Of a stretch of 52,441 nucleotides of DNA, positions 12,023 to 26,423 are shown piece by piece. The stretch comes from Callorhinchus milii (Eukaryota), in contig NW_024705349.1 of the NCBI RefSeq assembly GCF_018977255.1, positions 1-52,441 on the forward strand, in the 5' to 3' direction. Every line of letters begins with the position of its first letter. The first letter of the stretch is position 1. The position numbers were made by a program, and so were the translations under genes. The notes beneath the pieces were generated by a model. That model was not told where the DNA came from. It did no database searches and saw only the letters and a list, made by a program, of their open reading frames with translations.

Positions 12023-15000
12023 GATGCACCCCGCGCTATTGCTGATGCCACATCCGACGCCAACGTGTTAAAAGTCTCACTGCAGTAGCTCGATCCTTGG
12101 TGTGCGGAAAGAGCGGACATCACGTAATAATCCGCAGGAGCCTGTTAGTATATCCCCTCCCATCTCACTCTCATCGCCCGAGCTTTGTACGCGGTCGCCT
12201 TTATGCTTCGATTCAGGGTAATAGACGAACTTCGGATCCTGGTGACGTTCCCTTTAATATCTAGGGTCCACACGTATTGCGATTTTGTTGATAAAAAATT
12301 AAAAGGCTTTGTTGCCAACAGCTATGAGATGATGGGATTCTGTAGCAGGTTTAGCCCTAACCAGATGCGCGTCGATCGACAGCTCCGAATAGGTCTAGAC
12401 GATCCGAGAAGTCCGTCACGCCTGGTCTACACCGCGGCTTGTGACCCGTAGGCTGGCTTAGAATCGAGTGACTGGATCCTTCGTCCTTCGAGGAAGTCAG
12501 AGCTGGAATGGATGATCCGTCGGCGAGCCGTAGTCAGCACATTGCGTTCTCTCGGACCCCCAAACGGCCAAGATAGATGCCATCTCCAACTCGCATCATG
12601 AATACCCAGAAGTGAAATCCTAACGTTCCTATGGCTGATCTCGCAACTTGCTCACCCGCGCACTAAATTCTGTCGACGATGTTAACCGGCGTCTAGGCTG
12701 GCCGACCAAGCTATTAGTGGGCGGCCTTTTTGGCCGCGAGTACACTAGCCTACACAGCTCATCGGCGGCCGGTTTCTGTGCATACGGTGTGCGACACCGG
12801 CAGGATTTGAACGCCGGTAGGCCAAGCGACGACAGCAAGGGTCTTTGTCTCAGTAAACTTGCTATCAGAGGGGGGCTGCCAAGGATACTATGTACTCTGG
12901 TGTATCTGCACATTTCTGCCACTAGTAGCTGTAAGATGTGGACGGCATTAATTCGACAGTATCAGGACTTCTTCTCTCGCGTTTTAAGTAGACCCCCTCC
13001 CTCTACTGGCTTTCAAGAATATAAGATCCGCGATATACGAGGTAACTACCGGATAGTAGTAGGCAGCACATTAGATTTTTACGGACGGGGGCATAAAACA
13101 CAGTATATACCCTTAGCATGGCTACCCAATCCTGTAGTTCATAGCAGGACAAAGCACCTCTATTCTTGTCTTAGGTAGTCGACCGATACGGCTTCATGTG
13201 CGCGTGCAGGACTCGTGAAATTGGCTGCGTAGTGCGAGGCTAGCCGTTTGATTATCCCCCGGGACCGGGCAGTTAGAAGCACTGCTTGAATGATGCTCCG
13301 CGTCTAGGCATACGACACTGCGTACAAATACCGCTAGATTAAAGACTACTTACCTGAAGTTAAAGGTCATGTCAAGCATTGTCGAAGGACCATACATGCC
13401 GGTCACACACGCAGTTGCCCTTCGGCACCTATATTGTTCGCCTGGAGGATGTTACCGTTCGCGACCGTATCGTCAGTACCTTAGTCACATCTTCCCATGG
13501 CGTTAATAGAAATCGCGTATACCGGCCGATCTTTACTTTCACCCACTTACAAGTCGTGGCGTGCTGGCGGGTCGCTCGCCATCAATAGTGTTTATGAACT
13601 CATCCCCTGGTGGTTAAATACTCCCCCACTGTTCTCGAGCTTTCAAAGAGACTTGATAGACGAGACGTCTTTTGGGACTGAGAATAGGCCCAGTAGATCG
13701 GCGTTCGATCCTGAAGCGCGGAAATATAGACTTGTTATTATTTACAAAAGGATGACAATTTCTAAAAATCGCTAACCTTTATCGGTTGTGCCGCATTGGC
13801 TGGCTTTGCTCTAACAGGGGACCAGGCGGCGATATAAGGAATGATGACCCTTGAAGATGTGAGTGTCGGGACTTGGGAAGCTTTAAGAAAATGTCCTTTT
13901 GGATTGGCACTCTTCCGGAGTAAGCAGCGTGATCTGGGGGCTATCTTGCGTTCAATGTCATATTTAGAATAAATGTTAATGTGATGGGGTACTTGTTTTT
14001 GTCGGCGTGGATTACAGACTATATCTCCGCAAACTACGAGCCTACTTTAGACTATACATGAAGGGTGCTTAGGCACTCTCGCCATACGAGTTGAACCGCA
14101 AAGAACTGCCTAAGCCGTGATGGAAACGTCGTCATCATGGAAGTCAGACTGGAAGATTAACTCAACTCCCTATCAACCGTATAACTTGCAATCAGGGAAC
14201 ACAAGAAATCCTCGTACCCATTGGTCTGTCTACAGTGCTTTGATCTCTACCTCAAGGCGCTTCATTTCTAGCGTGTGTGGGATGACTACAAACATCCGTT
14301 AGGAGCTTAGCTATTTCCGTAGTCCGTCCGATCCAGGAGCTAGATCTGAGATTGTCGTTCCCCTAAGGCGCTGGCGGCATGGTCATATTCACTGCGCGCT
14401 TTAAGGGGCGTTGTAATCCTATGGCTATAACAAAAAAAGCACGGATATTCTATATGTGTAATAAAAACAGAGATGTGACTTGAACATGGCAGATGGACGG
14501 CGAACGAGCTGTTGGGGCATGGACAAAAGAAAAGATTGATAGATGCTGTTATTAGCCACTTCAGAGAAAGGTTTCCATTCACTATTCAGAGCCGGCGAAT
14601 GAAACGCAAGCCAAGCAGAAATTCAGATATGGAGGGGGGAATTTGAGGAAAGAAGTAAGTTATCGTGCAACGAGCATTGCACATTCACGCCGGTTTTGTC
14701 GTGTGTTCTCATCGGGAACTATAAGTAGAAGCAGAATACTACCCGTCCGGAAACCTGTGGACTAATACGATCAGGTGTGCAGTCGACGCGTCTTTGATGA
14801 ATGGTTGGAATGGAAGATCTACCTGGGAAATCGCTAAGTATGGAAAGAAGGTTTCAGGGATGTGTAACCGCTCCTGCAGTTAATTCTACAGCATATACTA
14901 CAAAAGACATAGATCCGAATTCTTACGGGGTAGAACAGTCTAAGTCTACGCTAACAGTAAGTGGAACCTAAGCCGTCTCCGGCGATGGCCTCTTCTGGGG

Positions 15001-18000
15001 TGAATATAGAGGATCTATCGCCACTTAAGTAAGCTTGTACTGTAGTACTTGTTATGAGCTTTCAATAAAGCCGTACAAAGCATCCCGGCATCAATGGTGC
15101 CTGGGCAGCATTGCACATCCATAGTGTGTAAGTTCTCCGGCCAGTTGCCGCGACCGATGGCTTGCCCGACTAAGGTATGCCAAGACGAAAACCAGTCTTA
15201 TGCGTCTCCAGCCGGACAGTTGGCGATTGGATCACGGACCGGGACGAAGTTCAATATGATACTGAGAACCGTTCTCGCGGTATCCTGTAGCCTGCCCGGC
15301 CATTACAATCATCGAAGGGCATGGTGTTGATTAACTAGCTTATAGCGGCTAAAGTTAGCTGTAATTTAGGTCAGATCTTATGAGTTGGTGCCATCCATCG
15401 AGGAGCTCTCCCACGTTCGGCACAATGACGATCCAACAATATTTGTCCTCCGGTAGAAGCGGCCACCAACTGTGAGCCTGGCATGTCGTGACAGGTTGTG
15501 GATGCGCTAGGCATTGTCGAAATTCCCTGCATATACGACTGAGAAACTAGACACAGAGTAAGGCCCGAGCATTCCGTAAATAGTGATCCACTTTGTGCGC
15601 AACAAGGAAGATGTATCTCTCCATGACGTTGACAAAGCGAGGACTCACTGGTGACACGGAGAAGTAGTGCTGGGGCGAATACTCGAAACTTGGTTATCAA
15701 TGATTAGTCACTCACTAATAAAACTGATCGAGCACATATGACGGGGTAATGTGGGCCAGGCTCGGGCCCGCTATGTACATCCTAAAACTCTCCCAATGCT
15801 TACAACAATGCCTCATGATGCGAGTGGGTTACACGGTATTTACTGCGCAGTCCGGCGCGGGGATCCGTAACACGCTACCCATGTCACATGGCCACGAGAG
15901 ATCACGGGGCAAGTGAGATGGCCAATTGAGCTCGACTAGACAACTTCCAGTTGACGGCATGCGATAAACGAGGTGTAACTGGGGAGGTTTGACAGATTGT
16001 GAGGCATGAGGTTCGTTTTTACGGGCATCCCCTGACGTGTGGTAAGTGCGGGCACCCAAATCTGGTCAGTGAATGGGTAGCGTAAGGGGAGCACCAAGTG
16101 CGTGTGCTAGAATTATGATGGCCAAAACCCGAGCCAAATCAAATGTTAGTCTGGATCGAGCCAGGAACCTCTGAACGCGTCGATAAGTGGACAATGTTTC
16201 TGCGTGGGACCCAGATATGGCCCTGGTTGGCTGAAAAATCACACACACTCTAAGTGATTTTATGGTAGATTTGCCGATGCACGTCTTGTGGACATAACTG
16301 TTAAAAAAGGAGTAGAGCAACGGCCGGCCAGCGCCAATCCAGTAGAAAGGTGGCCGGTACCGTTCTCCAGACCTTAAGGTATATTGCGTTGTTTGTGCTC
16401 GGGCCGCGATCCAAATTAGCCCGCGAGAGTACATCTGTCGTCGTACCTCATAGTAGGGGTGCTTTGCACAGTAGGCAGACCAATTAGTCGCACTCTTTTT
16501 GACTGGATCAGTTTCTCGTAACCGCGACCCAAGAAAAGAGGGCTTTAAGATGAGGTATGCAAGTTGTGAAACACATCTAAACACAAACAGAGAGGCTCTA
16601 AATAGTATGCTTTTAACCCGATTCAGCCTTTGACTGGTCATCTCAGATTCCATTTCAGGGTAACCGTCAGCCACCACTCGCAGTCTTAACGGGTGATTGC
16701 CCCCCATACCCTCTAAGTACCTTGCATCCAAAATTTACAACTCAACTACCTTAGCCAACCGTAATTCCGGATTGTAGCGTTCTCAAAGTGTAGTTGGATG
16801 GCCACGGTTTCTCATGTCCTTTTAGGGAACCACTGACAAATATCGGGCCGATGGCTTAACTAGGTCGGAAATTTTATCAAGACCTTTGCAACACGCGAGC
16901 CTGGCACAATACAGAAGTTCCAGGAATTCAACCATCTGCGGGTAGGGGAGTATCATCTCATCTTATTCCAACCTCCCTTTCAATCCGAGTCGTCCTGCAA
17001 TCTGTGCACCGCAAACATGTTTTAATGCGTATACGAAATTGAGGTCACTCGGCAAACCGGCATTATCGGCTAGCTCTTCCGCTCGCTATTACCTACCATT
17101 CACGCAGACTCCGTGGCGCGTCAGGCCCGGTCGAACCTCCATAACTATCTGACACGTATTTGGCTTGCTCTGTCGTCACGAAGTCGCCCGCGTCTACCAT
17201 CACATCGGAGGTGTCATACCCTGGACTATGTGAAGATTTGTGTGTATAGATCGGCTATGCAGGCCTTGCTGAAGCCTGCAGCCCTGCACTAATGCTTGAT
17301 TCGCTCCCAGACCCTATGTACCTGGGGTGATATAATCATAGAACTGAGTTCTTGGACGGGCCGTCGGGCACGCGGAGCGTCACCTACCACCGAGTGCGAG
17401 GGAAAGCTCCCAAGCCAATTCTTGTGTAGGCCTACTTGCGCGCGGTCCCCCGTGGGGCAGCTGTGAGTGCGACGCAAGGAGCCGTCAACGAAATACGCAA
17501 TTGAGACTTCGATAAGCTAAAGCTCTCTCGTTGCAAATAAAATACATTACATCATCAGACTCCCAGCAATGGTTAACAGCCCCGTAACCACGTAAGGCCA
17601 AGCCTTTACTAGCAAGGCGCCGTTTCTGAAGTAAGCGACTATTAATTAGGAACAACTTCTGCGTGCAACTCTGCTGTGGTACTGCAACTGGCTAATAGGT
17701 ACCCCGAGGAATAAAACAACCGGTAGCCTATTCTAGGTGGGCGCCGACTGACACTGAGTTGGTGAGAATTCCATTCGAGCCCTTCTTACTAGGCGACTTG
17801 CTAAGATTTTGTCTCAGACACACGTACCATATACAGGGTAAGATTTTTTTCTTAACGCATGCACCGACGGGACCAATTGATATAAGCATGATTAGGGACA
17901 GGGTGCATGTCTGGTCCCCGCCGAGCACTCTTAGCTGTCGGCTCTAGTACAGTTTGGGAACGGTCTGTAAGGAAATACATTCAATGTGTGTTAGCTCATT

Positions 18001-21000
18001 CGGTCGCTTACGGGAAGAAGGACGAAGCTCGCATCACCTTTTTATGGTTCATTAAAAACGATAAGATGCGAAACCACCGCATACAAGAGTCGTGTGGAGT
18101 AACTAGGCGTGAACATAACAAGACATTAGGGAATTACACAACGACGCCCTATCTCTTATCGAAGCCAGTGTGGCGATAGTCTTCCACGCCAAAAACTCAT
18201 TAACTGTTCGGGACAAACGTAGGACTGATTCATTATGGAGACTCATCAAAACCATCTTCAGTCGTGGTGTAAATTAATGAAGCGTGGGTGAACAGGCTGC
18301 GCATCCGGTTGATTGATCGACTGCTGAAAATTGGAGATCCGTTCCCTTAGTTCGGCAAGCGCGGTCAGGCAGTATCGTCGGCGACTTTGAACGGGGTTGC
18401 TTATTGGACCGCATGTGAGCGTGTTTGGCTTAAAGATACCAACGTACGACATCAGTTCCGCGTTAAACTACGGGATCTGTCTTCAGGTTGGATCACACGA
18501 ACTAAAACCAAGGCGCTACTTCATCCGTGTGCTTGGCGCCTGCTACTATATTTTACCGATGGGCCTCTAGTCTAAGGTCAAGCTATACGTCCGGCCTCAA
18601 CTAATGTGAACCCGCGGCAAAGTAAGGTTTCAACGATAACAGCTTAGCGAGCTATAACGGTTTAGCGCTTTGTGCGGCTTCGTCTTAGATATTACCAACC
18701 AATCAGGATTAGTGCCCCAAGACTCACCCGACGAGCAACACTGGCTTGCCGGGGGCGCAAGGAGCGTGCAGGGCGCTCGGAGGTGTTCGGTGCAGGCCTT
18801 CACACCATCCCGCGAATCGTGCGTTATTCGATATTGACCAATTTTCAGGAGTCCTTGCAGCATACCTGTCTGCCATCTTTTTCGTCCGTGGTCTAAAAAA
18901 CCATATCAGAAGTATTAGAACTATAATAGGCTTTGCACACTTGATTCCTTGTAATGGAGCATGACTCAAGTAAATAGAGTAATCGCCAATACGACCTGTG
19001 GCGATATTCTCTCTAGACAGGGACACACCCGCCCTCCGTATAGTTGCACTTCGATGCGGGTTACAAAGGCGTAGGATGTGGACTCTTTACCTCTAGGTGG
19101 CGGAAAACGTGACTTGGCGACTCACTGGCCTGGTGGTAAGCGCTTTTTGCCTAGTTGTAGCACCTTTGTCCCTCCTGAAAGCCCTAGGAATGTTACAGGA
19201 CACTCACTCAGAGGCGTATGTCTCTCTCGTATCCGATATTCCGTCACTGGGACGATATAAGCGGAGTCGTTAGAATCTTTCTGCTTCGCGCCAGTCCAGG
19301 GGTCCCAGTCATTATTTCTAGGACCAATTCACGTAAAATGAAGCAAAAGAGGTCGCGTACCGTTACGGAGGAGTATAGAAAATATATACCTACATGATGA
19401 CAGCGATAACCCTATTGAGTCTAGACTGTATAGGAGGTCACCAGAGGCCAGAGACCAGTATGAGACAGTGGCGCGGACGACATGCGGCGATTTACTGTTA
19501 GTTGTCAGCTCCTTTCCTGGTTCAGCTGGTATCCAATTTCTAAAATAGGGGCTAGTGGTAAGTCCGCGTGCTCGCGCTGTTAATTGTCTGTACCTTGTCA
19601 GCAGCGTGGGGCTTGTGGATCATCTCCAACCTTAAGTAACTAGACGGGTGCAGCGTGGACCTAGCCTACGTATTATGAGGGAGCAGGGCCTACAACGAGC
19701 ATCTCATGGTTCCTTCGAAAGAGAGCGCCGTGGTGTTGTACGTTCGGGTTCGATAGAAGCGTCCGGCCAGCCTTGCCTATGCAATCGGATAATGCCTAAG
19801 AGCCGAGCCTGGAACCTGTGTATGTTGCTTTAGTTCCTATGGAATTTAACAACTACAACTGGTTTTACCAGCGAGAAAGATTAAAAAGACGACGCAATAC
19901 GAAACCTTAAGTGCGCGGCAGACCCCCCTCTAGTACCGCGTGTCATTCGTCTAGAACTGTACCCGAGCCGAAAATTCTTATGACGTATCAGCAAGGCGTG
20001 TTTTCAGTACAATGTGATATCTACACAGGAGTGCTATAGTTCCCGTCCATCGCTAATAAATTCCCTACAAGGTAGCTAGACTGCAGTTAGTCCAGCAACG
20101 AAAGCCCGGTCAGGAAGACCAAGACCCGACTGGATTGGCTGGGAGTATATCACTACCGTTCTTAGGGAAATGATAACTTCTCACAAGCCCTTGGCCCACA
20201 AGTAAAATGCTAAATCTACGTGTTACGTTATAATGCTTTCAGTGCCCCCGTCTGTGTTACCGTCGTAGCTTGCCTTTTGAAGTGCTGGTACAAGCCCTAC
20301 GTAGGCTTAGACATGCTGTGGTTGGGGCTATCCTTCGCGGGCAAGGAGAGCCTGCCAATACCCTGGCCCCGTATTCCAAAGTCATGCGCAAACTCAAATT
20401 CGGGAAGTTGAGCCGACTGGTTTCTGACAACGGATGTCCCCCAGCATATAGGACCATGACGACCCTATATGGCGCTAGCGCGGCATAATCGTGGATCATC
20501 TGCTTCACAGCCAGTCTTCTTTTAGGCGTGGCCGAATGATGTCTAAGTCAAGTGTGGGTAGCTTTGGCAAGTAACGCGCCCGTCCGGTTGAATGGCTTAT
20601 CGGAAGGCATTGTGTAAGCGCCGCAACCAAAAATAGGGTGCACAGAGAGGGGACTCGAGGAAGCGTCTGCAATACGCTGCCCAGCTAAGCAGACCAAGAT
20701 TTCGTTGTTACGTTAGGGTCCACACCCGCGTCTTACTCGGATTCGGAAGCGAAATATGTCTAAGCTCTATGACCTCTTGGGTAAGTGAAACCTAGTATGC
20801 CTGTCCGTACATTACCGGTCCTAGGTTGGGATGTTCCTGTAGAACAAGGGACCAGGACCTTGTCTCGAATCGGAGGACCGCTGAGACTGGAACCGATAAT
20901 GGCACTAAGCCGCCGGTGAGCATGTTTACGAAACAGACGACAGATACGTCGCAAAATACCCAGGGCTCGTTGTGCCCCGGTTTCGAAAAGTGGTGTGGTT

Positions 21001-23700
21001 AGAGCTACTATACCCTGGCCACACTCGATATAGGATACTACGGGCCCCCGAGAAAATACCGTTCTAGTGGCCAGGACTCAAGGAACATCATGGATGTTGA
21101 GTAGCAGAACAAAGAAAATTCAATTCTACCCTATCCAATTGCGCGAAAGATTGGTATCCGATTCAACTGAGCATAGACAAGACGCAATCGAATTAAGCTT
21201 CGACGAACCAGGGCAAGCTCGTAAAGTGGTAAATCCGTCCGTACCACAGGGAGGTTTGAGCCACCCATGAGGTCCTCGGGTGGACCTCGTCAGCGCTCTA
21301 TAATCGCTCCCCCGATACCTAGCCGCCTGTTTCAGGCCGTTAGCCCTGATGGAATCGGTGTGCTTCCTACGCAGTTTTCGAAGATACGAGGCTGCACTCT
21401 TCGGTCATGCACCGTATGGAATTAGCCTCATCCTCATTCCTACCCCAAGTCACTGTCTGCTATGATAACCGCAACTGCGTTTGGATTAGGGTACCAGTTG
21501 GCATAACTCACCCAATTGCGAATAAGAAGTTCAGTGTTTTCTATACGGGCAGTCATCTGATCAGAAGCCATAACGCTGCTTCTTTCTGAACTGTCTATGA
21601 GTTGCTTGTACTTATCAGCCATAAAATGTGGTGACGGCCGTCGTTACCGATTCCGCGTTCGTAAGACAGCAAGTGCAATATCCATAAGGCTTTGGGCTCC
21701 TCTCCTCGGGTCTGATGGGCACAAGTTGGCGCCAGCGTGCGTCTGAGGTGTTCTTGAGAAGGAACTTTGCATGGTTTAGTCAGTTGGGGCCGTATGATGA
21801 GGACTTGTACGATCCTGACGGGTTTCTAGTCGTTATGCCGCCAAGGCAGCTCAAAACGAGTTTCTATCATCAGGATGCGCAAGTTTTGGTACGGCCCTTA
21901 GAACAAGGATTATCACACGCGAGTAATTTGCTGCGATGTTACAATTATGCGCTGGCGGTACTTCATCTGATTATGACTCCCTCGGTAATAGTTCATATCA
22001 GTGCTCGCGCGCAACGAGTAGGTTCTTGGCGTCCGCTTGACTTAGATCCCAATCGAACCTCTAGCGTCCCAATTGCGTATAGAGGCTTTCCTTGGATAAC
22101 CTCTTGCGGCACTCGTGGTGGCCAAAGGATGACCTACCCTCAGGATTCGTCCTGATCTCTGACCTAAACTGCGTTCTGACCATCATCGTTGGGGATAGGT
22201 CAGACTTATGAGTTAGACTTTCATTCCTGGGGGTCATCGGCGCGCTGCATGATTTTGCGACAGAGGCAAATTGGTCGCTACAAAATCGGTAACCTCTTCA
22301 TTTAATCGTTCGTCACAAGAGCACTGGCTCCCGACAGAAGGGCTTTGTCGCAGCCAGTTTCGGATTGCCACAGTCCCACTTGGGATGACACTGCTCCTGT
22401 TAAAGACCTGCACGACGACAGCGAGTACCCAATCTACAGCACACCATTGAACGGAAGGGAATAGGTGGTATGAAAAGCGGCCTCGCCGAAATGATACACG
22501 ACATTTCCGACCAACGAGTGGTTGCCTTACGTCTGGAATGCTATAATGCGTTTGATGGGAAGGGCATAAGATATCTCGTTTCTATTTTCTCGTTACTCCT
22601 GCAACGCACGGGTTCCTTTCCAAGCACGACTGCGCGTAAGGTGAGCCTGATTCAGGTGCGCCCTTCTCTTCAACACGCCTTAGCGGTCACATCGATCTAA
22701 ATGCAACTTACTCATATTAGTGGCAGGTATAGTGGCCCACGGGCGGGTGGGGCGGGGTATCGCAACAAGCACGAGATAACATCGTTGACTACGACATCTT
22801 GGTCGGTCAAATAAGACAGTGCGGGTTAGCTCAGAGTAGTCAGTGTTCTGTCGCCTAACGTTTTTAGGGCTTGCGACCTAGTGAAAGCACATCGTCCACC
22901 CCATCAAAAGATTTCATAGGTGTTATATCACGAAAAAGCGCATCGGCGTTAAACTTTAGGCGACTAACTTTACCCCGCCTAAAATAGGTCGAAACCCTAT
23001 CTGAGAGACGGTACATCGTAAGCGGCACACCGACTCGACGCAGCCAGCAGTCAACTATGATGAATGAGCGTTAGAAGTTTCTAATGACCCCCCACGCCGC
23101 TATCGCCTCATAATCGCATGGTCCCTCGCGTCCCTAAGGACGGACTTTCACGCATTCCCCGTCAGTCTACTGGCTACAAGTTGAGCTATTCATCGAGACA
23201 AATAACATCTTGCTCATTGGGGGTCACCCAGTACGACTCCCTCGTGAGGAGAATCCTTATGTGAGCTTATATCTACTCTGTCATAACCCGAACTGCTGCG
23301 TGCGTTTGTCTTCGAGCGTTTAATTCCATGCATACGTCACGTGTAAGTCTTTAGGCGTCAGCATTGGGTGGGTACAGTGTGTCCAATGTTCCCCAGAATT
23401 TTCTAGGCAGTAGCCGGACATCAGGGGTTGCCTCATAGTTACGTCTAGATACTTTAGATTCCCTTTTATCATCTTGTGCCTAGATAATGAACTAGTTGGA
23501 TTGACCAGTCCTTCTTTGCTTTGCAGAGACTCGCTGCCGTACGATAAGGGAAATGGGGTTGAAACCTAGTTTACGAATACTCTCACTGCGAAACCAAAAG
23601 GCGCCAGCTCATCACCTTTCTCCTTGGGAATTTAAAGTGTGGGCAAGCTCACCCTTCTGCCCAACACTACCTATCCAGAATTTAGCAGGATAGTACATTG
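12023..23700. other. Featureless random-like block, probably scrambled or non-native sequence
   Basis: No repeats, microsatellites, recognisable ORFs or exons seen. CG and TA dinucleotides are frequent. Abrupt boundaries at the gap and at a Penelope-type repeat. Confidence 0.75.
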
Positions 23701-23701
23701 T

Positions 23702-23945
23702 TATTCTTGGTTCTTTCGTAAAGTCACGTAGAAGGGAAGTAATAAAATAATAAAAATAAACACAATAAAATAATTCTCACGACGTTTCGGCCACAACGCA
23801 AGCAGCCGTCAGGTGAAAACCAGGTCCGTCGTGAGAATTATTTTATTGTGTTTTATTTTTATTATTTATTACTTCCCTTCTACGTGACTTTACCGAAAGA
23901 ACCAAAGAGTATGGATTCCTGCAGTCACGAAAGCTTTAAATCATT
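23702..23945. repeat. Penelope-type AT-rich repeat, inverted (palindromic) pair
   Basis: ttcttggttctttcgtaaagtcacgtaga... mirrored by ...tctacgtgactttaccgaaagaacc. The central hammerhead-like core is partly deleted. Confidence 0.8.
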
Positions 23946-24474
23946 AAAACCAAAAGGTTTTAATGACTCGGCAAATGTGTGAAATGGATATATTTCTCCA
24001 TTTACTTATACAGTCCTGAGGGTTTTTTTTCAACGCCTTTTGCTTTCGCACCTCCGATTGGCAGTGTGTGTGTGTGTGTCTACGTACGGTGCGAAAGAAG
24101 TTCAACACACATTACGTAACTACGCTTGTCAAATCAAAATTTGTTGTTGTTGGGAAAACGTCGAATATGTTACCATGTGTATCCTTGGTGTGAAAGCGAG
24201 TGACCTGGCCTGACTAAAAAAATGTGTTTTCTTCGCAATCTAAGCGTTATTATTATTACGCGTGTGTTTAACCAAGGAAGCCCCCGCTGAGTCGAGATTA
24301 TTTTGCAGGCGGGTCCTGCCAAGTGTCCGGAGTCAGGCATCGATGTTGCTGCTGCCGCTGCCACTGCTGCCGCCGTGTGTAATTCCCACTTGAGTAATTT
24401 GCAGGTAATTTTTCAGCATTGGGAGGTTTAGGCCAACACCAGTCGTGCTGTGTGTGTGTGTCTGTCAGCTGTGT

Positions 24475-24775
24475 GGGGAGCGGTGGTGCAGCGGTTAGCG
24501 CGCTGCGCTTTCAACCCGGCGACCCGGGTTCGATTCCCGCTCATGGCCACACCAGTGAAGATTATCTGAACCGGTCCGGTCCTCCCCTAGGTCGACTCAG
24601 CCTCAAATGAGTACCTGGTGCGGTGTGTAAACATCGCCACTGGGGAGACAAAGGTGGTCGGGCGTGGTGCTGGCCACCCACCGCCTCGTGTGCCATTTCG
24701 GCCTTCAAAGGTGCTCGCTAACAGCACTTGCCCCTACAGTCTGTTAAGGCTATACGGGGGTCTTTGTCTTTTTAG
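24475..24775 (+). mobile_element. tRNA-derived SINE (related copies at ~4600-4880 and a fragment at 26424-26500)
   Basis: Box A tggtgcagcgg and box B ggttcgattcc, with a shared body gactcagcctcaaatgagtacctgg...catcgccactg. Confidence 0.85.
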
Positions 24776-25498
24776 CTCTGTGAAGAAACCGGATAACCGA
24801 AAGAAACCCCATGCAGATCCAGGGGGGTGGGGGGTAGAACGTGCAGACTCCACAGAGAGGCGCCCGAGTCGGACATCAAACCCATGACCTCACCATGAGG
24901 CACGAGTGTTCGCACTGCGCCACCCTGTTTGTCCCGATCAGTGCGCATCTGTGAAGCCTTGTACATCCTTCGCTTGCTTTTCTGAGCGCTTGCGTGGCTG
25001 CATCTGCTTGCAACGCGTCGAGGAGCACTTCCCTCACACTTGTACCGATGTTATCCGCCCACGAGAGGGACGATGATGAGGACTCCGTGTGTTGTTAAGG
25101 GCCACCCTTCTTGGACCAGGATTTTGTGAGTCGCACATTTCGAAAGTGCTACTCGTACGATAAAGTTGTATAGTAATACACCATTGGAACCTCCTTTGCC
25201 AGTAGCAAAATATGATAATTCGTTTCTTACCCTTTTATTAGGCAACAAAACAGACACCTTTTTTTACCTAGTCTCATTAGGCTGTAAGAAAAGCTGTCTC
25301 GGGTGTGGACCAATCAATTTCAAGGACAGTGCATGCATTATCATAGTTGTGATTTTTGTTTGCATTCCGACCGCAGGTATTGTGGTCAATGCAAACATGA
25401 CTCCTTGTAAAAAAAACTGTATAATAATAATCTATATATATAAAATCGCGAATCTGTCTGTCTGTGTGTGTATCTGTGTGTCGCCGGACCATACGCAG

Positions 25499-25712
25499 TT
25501 TCATTGGACGGCGGTTGCCCCTGGCAACGGGTAGCAACGCCTTCGCCGCTTTCATTGGACGGCGGTTGCCCCTGGCAACGGGTAGCGACGCCTTCGCCGC
25601 GGGCTGCAGTTTCATTGGACGGCGGTTGCCCTGGCAACGGGTAGCGACGCCTTCGCCGCTTTCATTGGACGGCGGTTGCCCCTGGCAACGGGTAGCGACG
25701 CCTTCGCCGCGG
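25499..25712. repeat. ~51-60 bp tandem repeat (4 units) inside the Helitron
   Basis: Unit ttcattggacggcggttgcccctggcaacgggtagcgacgccttcgccgc, each with the palindrome gttgcc-nnn-ggcaac. Confidence 0.95.
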
Positions 25713-26030
25713 GGTGGACGCCATTTTTAATTCCCGTTAAAAATAGGCGCACGCATTAACACGCGACTCTGAGGTAAATTCATCAAAGTTTCACGTCCTC
25801 TTCACTCCCCCCCCCACCACAATGTGTGCAATTACTATTATAGGGTCGGTAGATTATAAAATTATAGCGATTAGACAGTATTATTGTAGCGCGGGGGGGG
25901 GGGGGAACGGCACCCGTACCCAGCGTCAGCCGGATGGGAAAATCAGGCGAGGCCGGAGGCTCTGCACGGTGCTAGGCCTCGACACCCACCACGCGACTCT
26001 GAGGTAAATTCATCAAAGTTTCACGTACTC

Positions 26031-26423
26031 TACAGAGTGGTCAGGGAGGGAGAGTGGTGAGGGAGGGAGAGTGCTGAGGGAGGGAGAGTGGTGAGGGAGG
26101 GAGAGTGGTGAGGGAGGGAGAGTGCTGAGGGAGGGAGAGTGCTGAGGGAGGGAGAGTGGTGAGGGAGGGAGAGTAATGAGGGAGGAGAGTAATGAGGGAG
26201 GGAGAGTGGTGAGGGAGGGAGAGTGGTGAGGGAGGGAGAGTGGTGAGGGAGGGAGAGTGGTGAGGGAGGGAGAGTGCTGAGGGAGGGAGAGTGGTGAGGG
26301 AGGGAGAGTGGTGAGGGAGGGAGAGTGGTGAGGGAGGGAGAGTGGTGAGGGAGGGAGAGTGGTGAGGGAGGGAGAGTGGTGAGGGAGGGAGAGTGGTGAG
26401 GGAGGGAGAGTGGTGAGGGAGGG
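26031..26423. repeat. 17-bp purine-rich minisatellite (gagggagggagagtggt)n
   Basis: More than 20 near-identical units. It explains the spurious ORF 26013-26435. Confidence 0.97.

Noticed and set aside
12185..22700. ORFs in the random-like block (e.g. 16066-16731, 221 aa; 12648-13178, 176 aa) as a novel gene cluster or virus
   Set aside because: No motifs, no operon-like packing and no supporting exon structure. The lengths are what ~50% GC random sequence yields.
24475..24545. tRNA gene
   Set aside because: The A and B boxes run straight into a SINE body shared with other copies, and there is no convincing acceptor stem or terminator.
25051..25257. Helitron/PIF1 helicase remnant (QLY...VALSK)
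   Set aside because: It needs a frameshift and has only a few matching residues, so it is likely chance.
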